Source: the human T2T-CHM13v2.0 reference genome, Homo sapiens. Taken from it: a DNA stretch of 64,000 bases. The position numbers and the translations under genes were made by a program. Below are positions 1 to 17,867 of the stretch, piece by piece. A model generated the notes under the pieces. It saw nothing but the letters and a program-made list of their open reading frames with translations. It was not told the DNA's origin and made no database searches. The stretch lies in the NCBI RefSeq assembly GCF_009914755.1, contig NC_060935.1; one strand, given 5' to 3'. The stretch's first letter is position 1; each line of letters begins with the position of its first letter.

Positions 1-243
1 GACGGATCTAGCACACATACACCCTGCTTACATAATAACAGCTCTGACGTGTTCTCTGAGGCTTCCTGCAGTACAACTTTGCCTCGCCTAATCGGGTGGG
101 GAGAGTACCCAACCCAAACACAACCCACTGCTCAGTTTCACCTGCAACTTTCCTTGAAGGATGAGGCCATCAGCTTCAAGAGAAAGTCCAGGTGGGTCTT
201 GGTAGTCCCTGGCTCACCCAGGGTGTTTTCCTCCATCACACAG

Positions 244-479
244 AGTCCTCGCTGTATGGAGAGCACCTGGCCCAGCCAGGAACCCTGAAGGAAGTCTGGT
301 CGCAGCTTCAATCTATCAGCAACTACCTCCAAACTCAGGACCAGACAGACCAACAGGAGGCAGAGTGGCTGGTCCTCCTGTCCCGCTTTGACCGACTGCT
401 CTTCCAAAGCTACCTTTTCATGCTGGGGATCTACACCATCACTCTGTGCTCCCTCTGGGCACTGTGGGGCGGCGTGTGA
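244..479 (+). CDS. HTR3B: HTR3B last coding exon (MA helix, M4, stop)
   Basis: Acceptor ...ctccatcacacag ends at 243. Frame reads (E)SSLYGEHLAQPGTLKEVWSQLQSISNYLQTQDQTDQQEAEWLVLLSRFDRLLFQSYLFMLGIYTITLCSLWALWGGV*, the recognisable 5-HT3B C-terminus, paralogous to HTR3A exon 9. Confidence 0.97.
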
Positions 480-559
480 AGACTGAAGTGTTCTTCAGTA
501 ATTGTGCTGGCACTTAGGAGAGAGAGGAGGGGGAATAATAGTGGGTTAAAAAGCTTTCT

Positions 560-682
560 GGGTCGGGTGTGGTGGTTCTTGCCTATAGTCCCAGTGCTTT
601 GGGAGGCCATAGCAGGAGGATTGCTTGAGCCCAGGAGTTCGAGACCAGCCAGAGCAACATAGTGAGACCACATCTCTACCAG

Positions 683-721
<39 letters not shown>

Positions 722-887
722 ATAGCTGGGCATAGTGGCTCATGCCTGTACTCTCAGCTACTTGGGAGGTTGAGGTGGGAGGATTGCTTGAGCCCAGGAT
801 TTCAAGGCTGCAGTGAGCCATGATTGCACCACTGCACCCCAGCCTGGGTGACAGAGCAAGACCCTGTCTCAAAAAAAATAAAATAAA
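560..887 (+). mobile_element. AluJ-like element with expanded (TAAA)n linker at 683-724
   Basis: Both Alu arms, A-rich tail, and about ten TAAA units in the linker. Confidence 0.9.
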
Positions 888-1374
888 AGGCTTTCTGCCT
901 TCATTGCCTCTCCATTGAGTCCAGCTTCATACACCTAATAGTCTGCTGTGTGACCCAAGGATCATATGTTCATGAAAATGTATAAACAGTATGAGTATAC
1001 AGTAAAAAAGTAAACTTTCCTTCTTATCCCAGTCCACTCACCCAAAGCAACCACTGTTAGTAATTTCTTCCAGAAGATTTCTAGGCACACACATGCATCT
1101 ATGTATGGTTAAGCAGTTTTTTAAAAAGTGTAAGATAGCTCCATCTTCCAGCCCTGCCTTGGCCATTTATTCAGTCACCCATTCAACAAAACCTTTATTG
1201 AGTATTAAGTCCTAGGCATTATGTTAGGCACACCAGAGAATACAAAATAAGTCAGCACAGGTTATTATTCACTTGATGTGATTCCCATGGTCAACCTGGT
1301 ACCAACCAACCAGAGCATAAAATTCCTGCCATATCCCTCACCTTCTGAGGCTCTTGTTACCACTTCCCAGCTAA

Positions 1375-1713
<339 letters not shown>

Positions 1714-1764
1714 TAGTTCACGGTCCTTTGCTTCAAGGAAGTTATAATCCACTGTCCCTGAACT

Positions 1765-2160
1765 AGTCAGCTAGGAAATACTACACACTAAGTTGCTTTA
1801 AGAGAGATTTATTTTCTCACCAGTCTGGAAGCTAGAAGCCTAAGATCAAGGTGCAAACAGGGTGGGTGGCTTTCTTCTGAGCCCTGTCCTTGGCTTGCAG
1901 GTTGCTGACTTCTTGCTTTGTTTTCACATGACCTTTCCTCTGTGCATGCTCATGTCTGTGTCCAGATTTTCTCTTCTAACAAGGGCACCAGTGTTGTTGG
2001 TTTAGGGTCCATCCTAGTGACCTCTTTTAACCTTAATCACTTTTTTCAAGGCCCTATGTTCAAACAGTCATATTCTGAGTACTAGGGGTTAGGATGTCAA
2101 CATATGAATTTTGGGGAGTGGGCAGCAGACAAAGGGGACATATTTCAGCCCATAACACTA
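1765..2160 (-). mobile_element. MLT1-type (MaLR) LTR remnant
   Basis: Typical MLT1 motifs such as atttattttctcac..ctggaagctagaag..aagatcaagg and ..tcagcccataaca. Confidence 0.65.
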
Positions 2161-2883
2161 GTGATTCCGGAGGTTTAGCAAGTCCAGATTCTGCAGAGTA
2201 GGCTGGCAGGCTGGAGACCTGCTGACAGTCTTAACGCTGTCAGTAGAAGACACAAAAGTCCAAAAGCTGTTTGCTAGAAACTTTTTCCAGCACTAAAATT
2301 GCCTTTAGAAAAATCTGCCCCCCTCCATCCCCCCAAAGAAAAAGAATTTAAATTCAAACAGCCTTTACCTGCATCTTCCCTCTCTCATTACCTCCCAGTT
2401 AGTGCTCAGCGCCAATTGTCCATGAAATTCCACTGCTGCTGTTAATGAAATGAGGAACATAAGAAGTTTGTGAACAGGAAGTGTCCATGCAAACCTCCAC
2501 CTGTTTCCTTCCTCACTTCCTACTTTCTACTGCTGGCCTCCTCTGCTTTGACGTGCTCAGTTAGGCATCACGGTCCTGATGTCACCTTAGCTTGCCATCC
2601 ATGTCGATTCTGGCTTTCTCCACTTCCTCCTCCAGTTAACAGAGGAGGAAAGGAGGAAAAGGCCTGAGGTGAACTCCTCACTGTGGGGTCTCTCTCCTTC
2701 CCAACTATGTCTTAGAGAAAGCACCAGTGTCAGAGTCAGGAGTCCTGATGATTACGGTCCTGGCTCTGCCATTACCTAGCCAGGGGACCTCTGTGAGCTT
2801 AACTTCTCAGACTTCAACTTACCTTATTTGAAATTGGGGCTGTTTATATTTGCTCTACCCCTATCAAAGAGTTATGAGGATCA

Positions 2884-3223
<340 letters not shown>

Positions 3224-3235
3224 TTAAAGTGCTTT

Positions 3236-3375
3236 GGGAAGGGGGAGGGATAGCATTAGAAGATATACCTAATGTTAATGGGTGCAGCACAGCAACGTGG
3301 CACGTGTATACATATGTAACAAACCTGCACGTTGTGCACATGTACCCTAAAACTTAAAGTATAATTTAAAAAAAA
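3236..3375 (+). mobile_element. L1PA 3' end fragment
   Basis: gggggagggatagcatta...gtgcacatgtaccctaaaacttaaagtataat plus A tail, the primate L1 3' terminus. Confidence 0.9.
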
Positions 3376-3833
3376 GTAAATAATGCATCACAAAATAAAG
3401 ATAAGACCTGCTTGCTATCAACAGATGGACTCCAGTCTTGAGTTTTTGGTGTGGGATCTGATTTCCAGCTCCCTCTATCAGAATCCAGTCATGGGGTCTG
3501 GTACTCCTCCAGTTGTTCCACTATTATAGGATCCAAAGGCCAAGGGCTGAAGTCATCACATGCCTCCTTACAGAGAAACTTGTGTGGCAGGGGTTGCCAA
3601 AGGGACTTCCCAGTCCATCTCACATGAAGCTCACCTTTGTTCCATTCGCAGATGACATTGCCCAGGTTCTTTACATCAGCCTCTAACAAGCAGCCCTTTA
3701 AGAGTGAAGCCTGGCCGCCAAACTGGTCCCCGGTACACTTCCTTTGTCTAGTGGCAAGTGGCCTTAATCACAACTGCAGCCCAGAACTCATTCAAAGCCC
3801 CAGAGTCAGGCCTGCATCCTGAAGCAATGACAT

Positions 3834-4771
<938 letters not shown>

Positions 4772-5117
4772 ACATCATGAACAAATGGCACTACAGATCT
4801 CCTCCTGGAATAGTGTCCCTCTGTGGTGGGAGGAATATGGGGTGCCAGCAGCCCTTATTTGCAGAGCAGCTTTAGCTCAGCCCCTCCAAATGTTCATACA
4901 TTTCATGATTCCTGTTTCATAGAGAAAGGAAACTGAGGAACAGAGCAAAAATGGGATTCTCCCAGCTGTGAGCACTCCTACCATCTGCTCTTTCGCAGAA
5001 TCCAAGGTGGTTTCAGCACTCACCAAGAAATCACAGCTCCAGTTCTGGGGACTTCACTGATGTCTAGAACAAAGACTTAGTTAACTCCCAGGCCAGCCAG
5101 GCAGCCCCAGTTCATCA

Positions 5118-5842
<725 letters not shown>

Positions 5843-7589
5843 TGAGTATTGCCAATAATCAGGTGGCAGAGGGTCTCCTTTGCCTCCCAAGATACCCGCC
5901 ACACCTTTTGCAGTTGTCCTAGAGGAGCAGTAGCTGCCATGATAAAGGAAGCTGAGTTTTTCACCTTTTAAACCACTGTGACACAGCACGTCTCCTGGGG
6001 TCTGACGTCCCAGCCTGGATGAGCCAGAACCGGGAAGCAAATGAGAGTGGCCATGAGGGGAGCCAGAGTGAAAGTGCCGTTGCTAGAATGCATCCTCCTC
6101 TCAGCTCAGCCTCAAGGCTTCCCCAGATGCTCTCCCTTCTCAGAGATCTAATGACACATGTTAAGGCAAGGTTAGTAGAAGTGGGTGGAGTCTGAATTTT
6201 ATCCTGCCCTGTGGCTCTGAGGCTTCTAGGAAACTTCAGAGCTTGGGTTTTAAGGTAAAATCCACCAATCAATTCTTGCATGGTGGATTGTCTCCTCAGG
6301 GCAGAGAGCCCTTCGGGAAGGCCGGGCTTCCTTCCTTGCAACCCCCTCTGTGACCCTGGGCTCCACCTCAGCCATCACCCTGTCGAGCTTAGCCTACCTT
6401 GTCCTGTTCCCTCGATCAGACTCCATCTCAGCAGCCGGAACTGCTCAGTCCTGAGTTATTTACCTGCGGAGACAGTAAGAGCTTCATAATTAGCTGAGCA
6501 ACAGCATGGAGGCTTTTATGAGCAGCCACGCTCCCCCCACACTCTGGTGTCCGTAATTGAAATGACCCACGCCAGTGATTAGATTAGGGGGCTGAAGAAG
6601 CCCAGCACGCTGCTCCCCGTCCTGTCGGGGAGGTGATGTAATTAAGTTTGTGCTTCATTTGGCAGAGGCTATAAAGCAGGAATTGCATCAAGGTTTTCTG
6701 CAGGGGTGGAAGGAACTGCTGGGCTGTGGGCGGCCTCTGTGTCAGGCAAGACTACAGATCTGAGTGAGAGGGAGCCCCTTGCTCCCCCTTTACCTTACCC
6801 TCTGTACCTCTCCCACAGCCTGTGTTGGCCTTTGAAGGCCTGGGGTGTGTGTAAGTCTAGCGGGAAGGTCATCCCTCCTCAGTGTCACTGGTAACCCGGG
6901 CTGCATGTGGACAGCCAGCTCCTGGTCACCCTGCTCATCCTCTTTGAAGAGCGCCAGGCTGAGAGCAAGGGAATCGGGTGCTGTTGGCAGTTCTTTTTCT
7001 CCCCATATCCCTGCCCAGTCTCGGCTTGCAGCTCTTCCTTCCACAAGCCTCCTTCTCTACCCCAGCCCCATTCTCCTGCGGTCTCTTCCCACCACCTGCC
7101 CTTTTGCACGCGGGGCTGGCTTTGGCCAAGTTGTGCAATAGCTGAAGTTTCTTCTCATTCCTTCCTCTTTCCCACGCGTATCTACCCAGGGACCTATGTC
7201 GGCACACTGCCCAAAGGACATCTCACTGTTGTGTTCTTCCCAAATCTACCTTCCCGGACACTGTGCACAAATGAGACCAAAAATCCTTCCACTGTGCCAA
7301 TGCCTTTTAAATACAGTCATTTAAAATTAATCTGTTCTGAAATACAAACTGGTGAAATGAGTTCATGCCACATTTTCAACCTGGGGTATATTATCCCTAG
7401 CATGGCTCAGCAGTGTGCTAGCTATACTCAAAACCCCAGAATGAACATGATTTCCCTTCTAAAGCATTGGTTTTACTCAACAGTATATTGTTACGAGAAT
7501 TATTTACTTTCCTATGAAAATACATACTGATATATTTTGGTGAAGAAACAAAAATTTAGAATAAAACCTTAAAGATACAACTTTATTTT

Positions 7590-8505
<916 letters not shown>

Positions 8506-8585
8506 GATAAAACTTCAGGCTTCATGGAAGGGGATCCTTTTTGGCTCTGCCCTTGCTTTAAAATATATCATACTAATACAAAATT

Positions 8586-9117
8586 TGAGGTATTGGCAAG
8601 GCCAACAGATCAGGAGACAATTGCTGGAAAAGATAGTTTATTATTCCTAGTTCCCAACAGGGGAGCATGAGCCACACTTCACCGTGGGAAGTGGGGCATG
8701 CAAGCAGAAAACACCCAGGTTGATTACAGGGTTAGGGGGTGGGGAGGCGCTGTGAGGAAGAGCCTTAATTGTTTCTGCGGGAAGGAGCAGGTAAGGCAGG
8801 GTAAGCAGGCTTAGGACGGGCTAGCGTGAATCATTTCAGGGGACTCTGGGGCATGGCAGCTCTCCCTAGTTGTCTGATATCCGGCTCTGAGATGATTAGG
8901 GCATGTGGATAGTGGCCTGGAGTATGAGAACCTGATAAAAAAGGTTACTGGGGATGTGGGCACTGGATTGGTTTGTATTTGAAAAGTTTGCTTGTAGGCG
9001 AGTTGTTTGCTATCTCTAGGAATTGGCTATCCCTGGAAGGGGCAGTCTCGCCAGGGTCAGCAAGGCCCCAGATGTCAAAGCATCAGAATATAAAAAATAA
9101 AAGACAAGGTTAATACA
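8586..9117 (-). mobile_element. ERVL-type LTR (MER74/MER54-like)
   Basis: TG...CA termini. The minus strand begins tgtattaaccttgtctttt..gatgctttgacatctggggcc. Confidence 0.55.
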
Positions 9118-9749
9118 GCCCCTCTGAGATTCCAGTCAGGACGTATCCTTTTCTTCTGGTTTTCTGGGTAGGTTAGCAGAAATGGGCAGCAGAACTCAAA
9201 GGACTGGCTTAAGAGGTGAAAATGTTGGATATTGTGGCAAGCATGCAGGAAAAGTTATTTGAGGAAAGCAATACCTGGGCAAGACATATTCATTCATGCA
9301 TTAATCCACTCACCCACTCATTTGGTAGTAGTAGTTTGAGCATCAGCTCTGTGTCAGGGGCCTTGCCAGGTGCCAGAATAGCACCTTGAATAGGACACTC
9401 AGAGTTTCTGGCCTTGAAGGAGCTTTTAATCCAACAGAAGTGGTGCAGTAAAAAGAATACAGGTTTGGAGGTCAGAAACATGCATTTAAGTTCCATTACA
9501 GCACAGTTACTTAAAGCTGACATGGATTTCCTCTGAATGCAAACCTGATGGTTTGGCAGAAGCTGCCTGGAGTATTGTCTGGAGATAGATTTTTGGGCCA
9601 CCAGTGGGGTCTGTGGGAAAGCATGCTGTAATGAATTAGTGCTGTCAGCCACAGGTGACATCAGGTGAGGGATAATCAGAGCTTGCCATGTGCCAAGCAC
9701 TGTGCTGATGCTTTGGGTGGCAGTATTCTAGACCATTAGAATTTCTCTC

Positions 9750-9826
9750 GGTAGGTTGGTAGATAGGGAGGTAGGTAGGTAGATAGGTAGGTAGATAGAT
9801 AGATATATAGATAGATAGATAGATAG
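9750..9826. repeat. (TAGG)n/(TAGA)n microsatellite
   Basis: Seen directly. Confidence 0.9.
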
Positions 9827-10104
9827 AGTTATGGATAATACTAGGGATGTTATGAAAATTATATATATGAAGATATATATAATGACATCTCATAATATGT
9901 ATAATCCTCATAATAACCTTAGTATTATCATTCCCATTTCACAGTTGAAAAAAGACTGAGGCACAGACAGATTAGGTAAATTGCCCAAGATTACTGAGCT
10001 AGAAAGTGACCAAACTAGGATTCAAATCTAAGCATCCTGGGTTCAGACTCCATGCTCTTGGACAGGTGCACTCTGACTCTAGACATGCTCCCTTCACCTC
10101 TTTC

Positions 10105-10409
<305 letters not shown>

Positions 10410-10580
10410 TAAAAGCCACTCATATTTGCCAACTTTATATGTAAGAGGGAGGGGCTCATGTTATAATAAATTAATTTCATTTCCAACCCCACCACTCATT
10501 TGGTTTGTGACTCTGGGCAAGTTACTTCACTATCTTAGAATCTCGGTTCTTTTCCATCTGGAAATTCTAGAAAGAGGTGG

Positions 10581-10895
10581 GTTTTGTTTGTTTGTTTGTT
10601 TGTTTGTTTGTTTGAGACAGTCTCACTCTGTCACCCAGGCTGGAGTGCAGTGGCACGATCTCGGCTCACTGCAACCTCTGCTTGTCCTGGGTCCAAGTGA
10701 TTCTCCTGCCTCAGCCTGCTGAGTAGGTGGGATTACAGGCACCCACCATCACGCCCGGCTAATTTTTGTATTTTTAGTAGTGACAGGATTTCACCTTGTT
10801 GGTCAGGCTGGTCTCAAACTCCTGACCTGAAGTAATCTGCCCACCTCGGCCTCCCAAAATGCTGGGATTACAGGAGTGAGCCACTGCACCCAGCC
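10581..10895 (-). mobile_element. AluS with (TTTG)n tail
   Basis: Antisense Alu flanked by a ctagaaagaggtg duplication. Confidence 0.9.
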
Positions 10896-10960
10896 TAGAA
10901 AGAGGTGTTTTGCTGAGGTATTGAGAGAATGGAATAAGATAGATTTATTGTTCAGTTCTC

Positions 10961-11106
10961 AGGGAGTGGGGAGGGATAGCTTTAGGAGACATACCTAATG
11001 TTAAATGACGAGTGCAGCACACCAACATGGCACATGTAAACATATGTAACTAACCTGCACGTTGTGCACATGTACCCTAAAACTTAAAGTATAATTAAAA
11101 AAAAAA
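10961..11106 (+). mobile_element. L1PA 3' end fragment
   Basis: ggggagggatagc...taccctaaaacttaaagtataat plus A tail. Confidence 0.9.
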
Positions 11107-11251
11107 GAAAAGATAAGATTTATTAAGTGCTGAGCACAGTGCCTTGCACTCAGGCATTGAAAGGATAGGAATTCTTCTTCATCACCACCTTACCACAGGG
11201 CTGTTATGAGAGCCCAGGGAGATCACATATGAAAGCGCTTTGTAAACTCGC

Positions 11252-11416
11252 CGGGTTTGCTCCTCAGAGTGTGGGTCCAGGACCAGCAGCATTAGCATCG
11301 CCTGGAGACTTGTTAGAAACGCAGAATTTCAGGTCCTCCCAGACCTCCTGAATCTGAGTCTGATTTCGAAGTGTTCTCTCAGGGGAGTGATGTGCACATT
11401 GTCTTTGGAGAAGCAG
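11252..11416. mobile_element. MER5-type DNA transposon remnant
   Basis: accagcagcattagcatcgcctggagacttgttagaaacgcagaatt motif. Confidence 0.7.
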
Positions 11417-13409
11417 GGATGGAAGAACGATGGAGGTAAAAGGTGAGAGCGCAGACTCAGGGAGGCCTGAGGAGCTGGGTGTTCAGGGGCAGCCCAGCGT
11501 TACATGCAGCCCACCCCTGCTGCCAGGACAGCTGGGCCCACGGGGCACCTGCCAATCACTGTGCTGCACACGGTAATCTCCCCGCCTCACAATCAGAGCA
11601 GTCAAGCACTCAGCACAGCTGGGCAGCTGAATTATAGGCTGCAGGCAGATGGCAGAGATGGCTCTGCGTGTGCCGTCCAAGGAGAGAGTGAGTGAAGGGC
11701 AAAGAGGGCCTCTTCCACAGCCCCCTTCCCCTGCAGTGAACACCCTCTTTTCTGGAGAACAAGACTGGGCTGCCAGCACCAGCGATCAGGTGGCCCCCCG
11801 TTTCCCAGAGCTCACTTGCTGCCCTGGGCCAGCCTCCGGGCCCTCCTGCTTGCTGACTTATGGTCATGGTACCTTAAGGGACCATCTGCCCGGTGCCCTT
11901 AGTTGTGTGAGTCCCTCTTCCTGAGGGAGAAGCTTTCTTTAGCTGACTCTCCTCCTACAGATGCAACCTTTTTGTTCATCCAAATGCTTCCCTTTCCCCG
12001 GAGCGTGAAACATAAGACATCAGGTGGAGGTAGGCCTGAGACCAGAGGTACCATGCGGTTGTCATCCTTCTGTTTCTCCAGTTTCTACCACAAAGGCTGG
12101 CACAGGGCAGAGGACTGGAGAGTTCTGGCTGAAGGAACATCCATGCCATTTTGCCCGGAAGGTAGCCAGCTGGGCTGCAGCGAGGGAAGTGCCTGGCCAC
12201 CATCTCCTACCAGAGCCCTGGTGGTGGAGAGTGATGGGGAAAGAATCCCAGGTGACAGGGGAGGCTGTGCTGCTGCCACTGCTCCTTCCCTTTCCTCCCA
12301 GAGGTGCCAGTGCTTGGCGGAGGCATCACTCTTGTAGACTGGATGCTCTGTCTTCTCATTCTGGTCCCAGGCTGCCGAGTGGCCTGTTCTCCCTGCCGCC
12401 ACCGTGTCTCAGCCCTGGTCCCTGGGAGGGATGAAAGCTCTCTCCGTCTTCCTGATCTTCCCTTTCTGGTGATATTTCAAACACCCATTAGGTTTTACAG
12501 GGTATTGCTTCCAAGGCTACAGGAGATGGCTCTGGGGCTGCACTCCAGGCACTTAGGTCCCCCTGAGCCTGTTGACAATTCTGCCACGCAGCCTGTCCTC
12601 CCATCACACCCTACCCCCTTGCGCTTCAGCCACCACATCCCTCTCCCTGCCATCCTGAGCTTGACACAGAGGGCACTAGGCAGAGCCCAAGCTTGTCACT
12701 GTGCCTTTATAGGCCTGGGGTCCCCTACTCTGCTTCTTTGGGCAGCAGAGAGAGAGTGTGTGTACATGTGTCTGAGGCAGTAACTTGAAGTTGGAGGAGA
12801 ATCTAGACCAACTCATGCAAAGCTCTCATTCTGCAGATGAGGCTGAGAGAAAATAAAAATATACCCAAGATAACACTAAAGACAATGATAATGATTACTG
12901 ATAGCTACTGAAATGGGAAGCGTGTATGTGTCATGCATTGTATGAGGACTTTCCATGGTGAAGCTAATTTAGCCCACATGACCATCTTCCATGGTATGTT
13001 ACATTTACAAATACAGAAACTAAGGCTCAGCCAGTTTAAGAAACCTGCCTACCATCACACAATGAGTGAGTGAAAGAGCAGAATTTGGTATTAGGATTAT
13101 TTGCTTGAACATCAAGCAGCTTTAGTAGCTTCCTCTGAAAAGCAAAGTGGTGAGAGTAAGAGCCCACGCCCCTCCCACCCCAGGGAGCTGTGGAGGCTCC
13201 TGGGGTGAAAGCTGCAAAGGTGAGGGGTTATCATCCCCATGCAGTGTTATACCCAGCTGGGGAAGAGGCCCCCGCTCCAGAAGAGAAGATGCACACATTG
13301 CCTTGGGCTAGAATCCTGAGGCCTCCACGGGGGCCTCCCTGCCCAGGCTAAAGAAATGTAAATGGGAAGGGAAGTGGGGAAGGGAGAGGTGTCAGAAATG
13401 GGGCTGGGC

Positions 13410-13706
<297 letters not shown>

Positions 13707-14031
13707 AATCTTATTCAGATCACCTCATTAAGTCCTCCCCAAAACTCTGGGGTAGGTGACAGTATCCATCCTCCCTTCAGAGAGGCTGACTAACCTGTCC
13801 AAGGCATGTAGCTAGGAAGTGGCAGAGCTGGCATTTGAATGGTGTTAGGACAGGCTAGGTTATTGCTGTGGTAACACATGATCCCCAAATCTCTGTGGCT
13901 TACGACAGCAAGCTCTGTGCCCACAGAGGTCAGCCCCAGCTCTGATCTTATGTCCTCGCCCTGAGACCCAGGCCGCTGCAGCCTCCATTGCGAACATCAC
14001 CAGTCACCACAGCACAGAAAGATACACATGT

Positions 14032-14736
<705 letters not shown>

Positions 14737-15564
14737 TTACAAGTGCCCAGAAAGGGGGAGAACTGGAATATTCGAGGCACAGTGCTCACAGTTACCACAT
14801 AGTTTCTAATCACCAAGCTCGACTCAGTCCCTCAGTGCACTGAGCTGCCATTTCCTCATCGGAAAGGTGGGAATAGTAATTCTACCTTGCAGGGTCATTG
14901 TGGTGAATAAATGAGACAATATACAAAAATCTCAAGCCTAGGAACACTGAGTCGTAGCCATTAGTATGTTCATGTGTGAAGTTCAGGAATACTCTGGGGC
15001 TGTTCAGTTCGACCCTTTTTCAGTGCAATGACAAATCAAGATACGGGATTTAGAAGAGTCCTCTGAAACAAGAGGACAAGTTTGGGAAATGCTGCTGCTC
15101 TCTGAGTGCATGAAACCACCTTCAGGGAACCCAGAGAGAAAGGAAAATTTCCAGGAGGACAATCAGTGGCAACAGCCAATGTGCAAATGTGATTATGTCA
15201 GCATACACGCAGACTGCTGAGCGCTTCTCCAGGACTCTTCATTTAAGACTAATTAAATGCTTGGAACCAGGAAGATTGAGAGGGTCCTCTCCAGGAAGCT
15301 ATTCCAGGCCAGCAAGACACTTCAGGGTCTATTTACAGAGGTGGAACGCTCCAGAGGAGGAGGAAGAAGAGGGTAGCTCAACTGAGAGCACTCCAGAGGA
15401 GGAACAGGAGGCCAGAAGGGCTGAAAATCACATCACTCAGGATATTGCAGGGTCCTCCCGCCCCAACCTTGGCCTCCGAGGGTCTGAGGTTTTGTGTGAT
15501 GTAAGAAAACAAAACTAGGGTTTGTGCTGGTGATTGCAAAATGAGAACTGCCTGTGGAATGGCA

Positions 15565-16065
15565 TGGGTTCGTTTTCCTTTGCCACGGTGAAGAATTACC
15601 ATAAATTTAGCTGCTTGAAACAACACAAGTTTATTGTCTTACAGATCGGGAGGTCAACAGTCCGAAGTCAGTTTCACTGGGTTAAACCAATTCTGCCAGC
15701 CGAGTTGGTTCCTTCTGGAGGTTCTCAGGGGAGAATCTGTGCCCTTGCCTTTTTCAGTTTCTAGGGGTCACTGGCATTCTTCAGTTCATGTCCCCTTCCT
15801 CCGTCTTCAAGGCTCAAATCCAGTTTCTGCTTCTGTCATGCACAGCCTTCTCTTCCATCATCAAATCTCCTTCTGCCTTCCTCTAATAAGGACACTAAAT
15901 CAGTACATTTAGGACGGACCCTGGCAACCCAGTACAACTTCTCATCTTAAGATCCCTAATTTAATCACATCTGTAATTTTCCCTTTTGCCGTCTAAGGTA
16001 AGAGCTATAGGTCCCAGAGATTAGGACCTGGGTATCTTTGGGGCCATTATTCAGGATACCACACA
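15565..16065 (-). mobile_element. MLT1-type LTR
   Basis: aattaccataaatttagctgcttgaaacaacacaagtttatt..; ..atctttggggccattattc. Confidence 0.7.
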
Positions 16066-16104
16066 AAGCTTTTGAGATGGTTTGAATAGCAAAAGGGCAA
16101 CAAT

Positions 16105-16519
16105 TGTCTTAGGCCATCTTGCATTGCTCTAAAGGAATACTCAAGGCTGGATAATTTATAAATAAAAGTTTGTTTGCCTCATGGTTCTGCAGACTATACC
16201 AGAAGCATAGTGCCAGCATCTGCTTCTGGTAAGGGCTTCAGGAAACTTCCACTGATGGTGGAGGGTGAAGGGGAGCAGGCTTCACATGGTGAGAGAAGAG
16301 GAAAGAGAAAGAGGGCAAGGCAGCTAGGCTCTGCAACAACCTGCTCTTGTATGAACAATTCGAGCAAGAACTCACTCATCACCATGGGGAGGGCACCAAG
16401 CCATTCAAGAGGGATCCACCCCCATGACACAAACTCCTCCCACTAGGCCTTACCTCCAACCTTGGGGATCACATTTCAAAACATGAGATTTGGAGGGGAC
16501 AAACATCCAAACTATATCA
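16105..16519 (-). mobile_element. MST (MaLR) LTR
   Basis: tgtcttag..cattgctctaaaggaatac...acatccaaactatatca. Confidence 0.8.
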
Positions 16520-16849
16520 ACCGTGAACCCAACTGCATCCATAGATCTTCCACTTGGCCCTGGGGTAGGAAGCACCCTGCAGGCCTAGCTGTGTATGGAA
16601 CCTGTGTGATGACCCCCAGCAAGCCTGTCTACACATCTCCCTTCAGCCATGTCGCCAGTGCCCAATAGACAGTGATACAGAGCAGTAATCATGTCATGAT
16701 TACTGTCATGTAATCAACCAATGATTACATGAGTTGACTCCAAGAGACATGTCGTGGAATCAACCAATCTATTAGCAGTCATGATTTCGGCGTCCGTGTC
16801 CTGTGGCTGGCAGTTCAGACCTGGGGCCCTGCAGATTCTCTGAGGAGGA

Positions 16850-17867
<1,018 letters not shown>

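Noticed and set aside
431-872. Many 60-170-aa ORFs with [21 protein letters not shown] motifs across the window
   Set aside because: Translations of Alu sequence, not genes.
6907-7530. 207-aa ORF, the longest non-HTR3 ORF
   Set aside because: Non-ATG start, no recognisable domain, and it runs from a pyrimidine-rich tract into AT-rich DNA.
15189-15518. ORF with acidic run EEEEEEGSSTESTPEEEQE
   Set aside because: Arises from a short GAG/GAA purine tract; non-ATG start and no recognisable homology.
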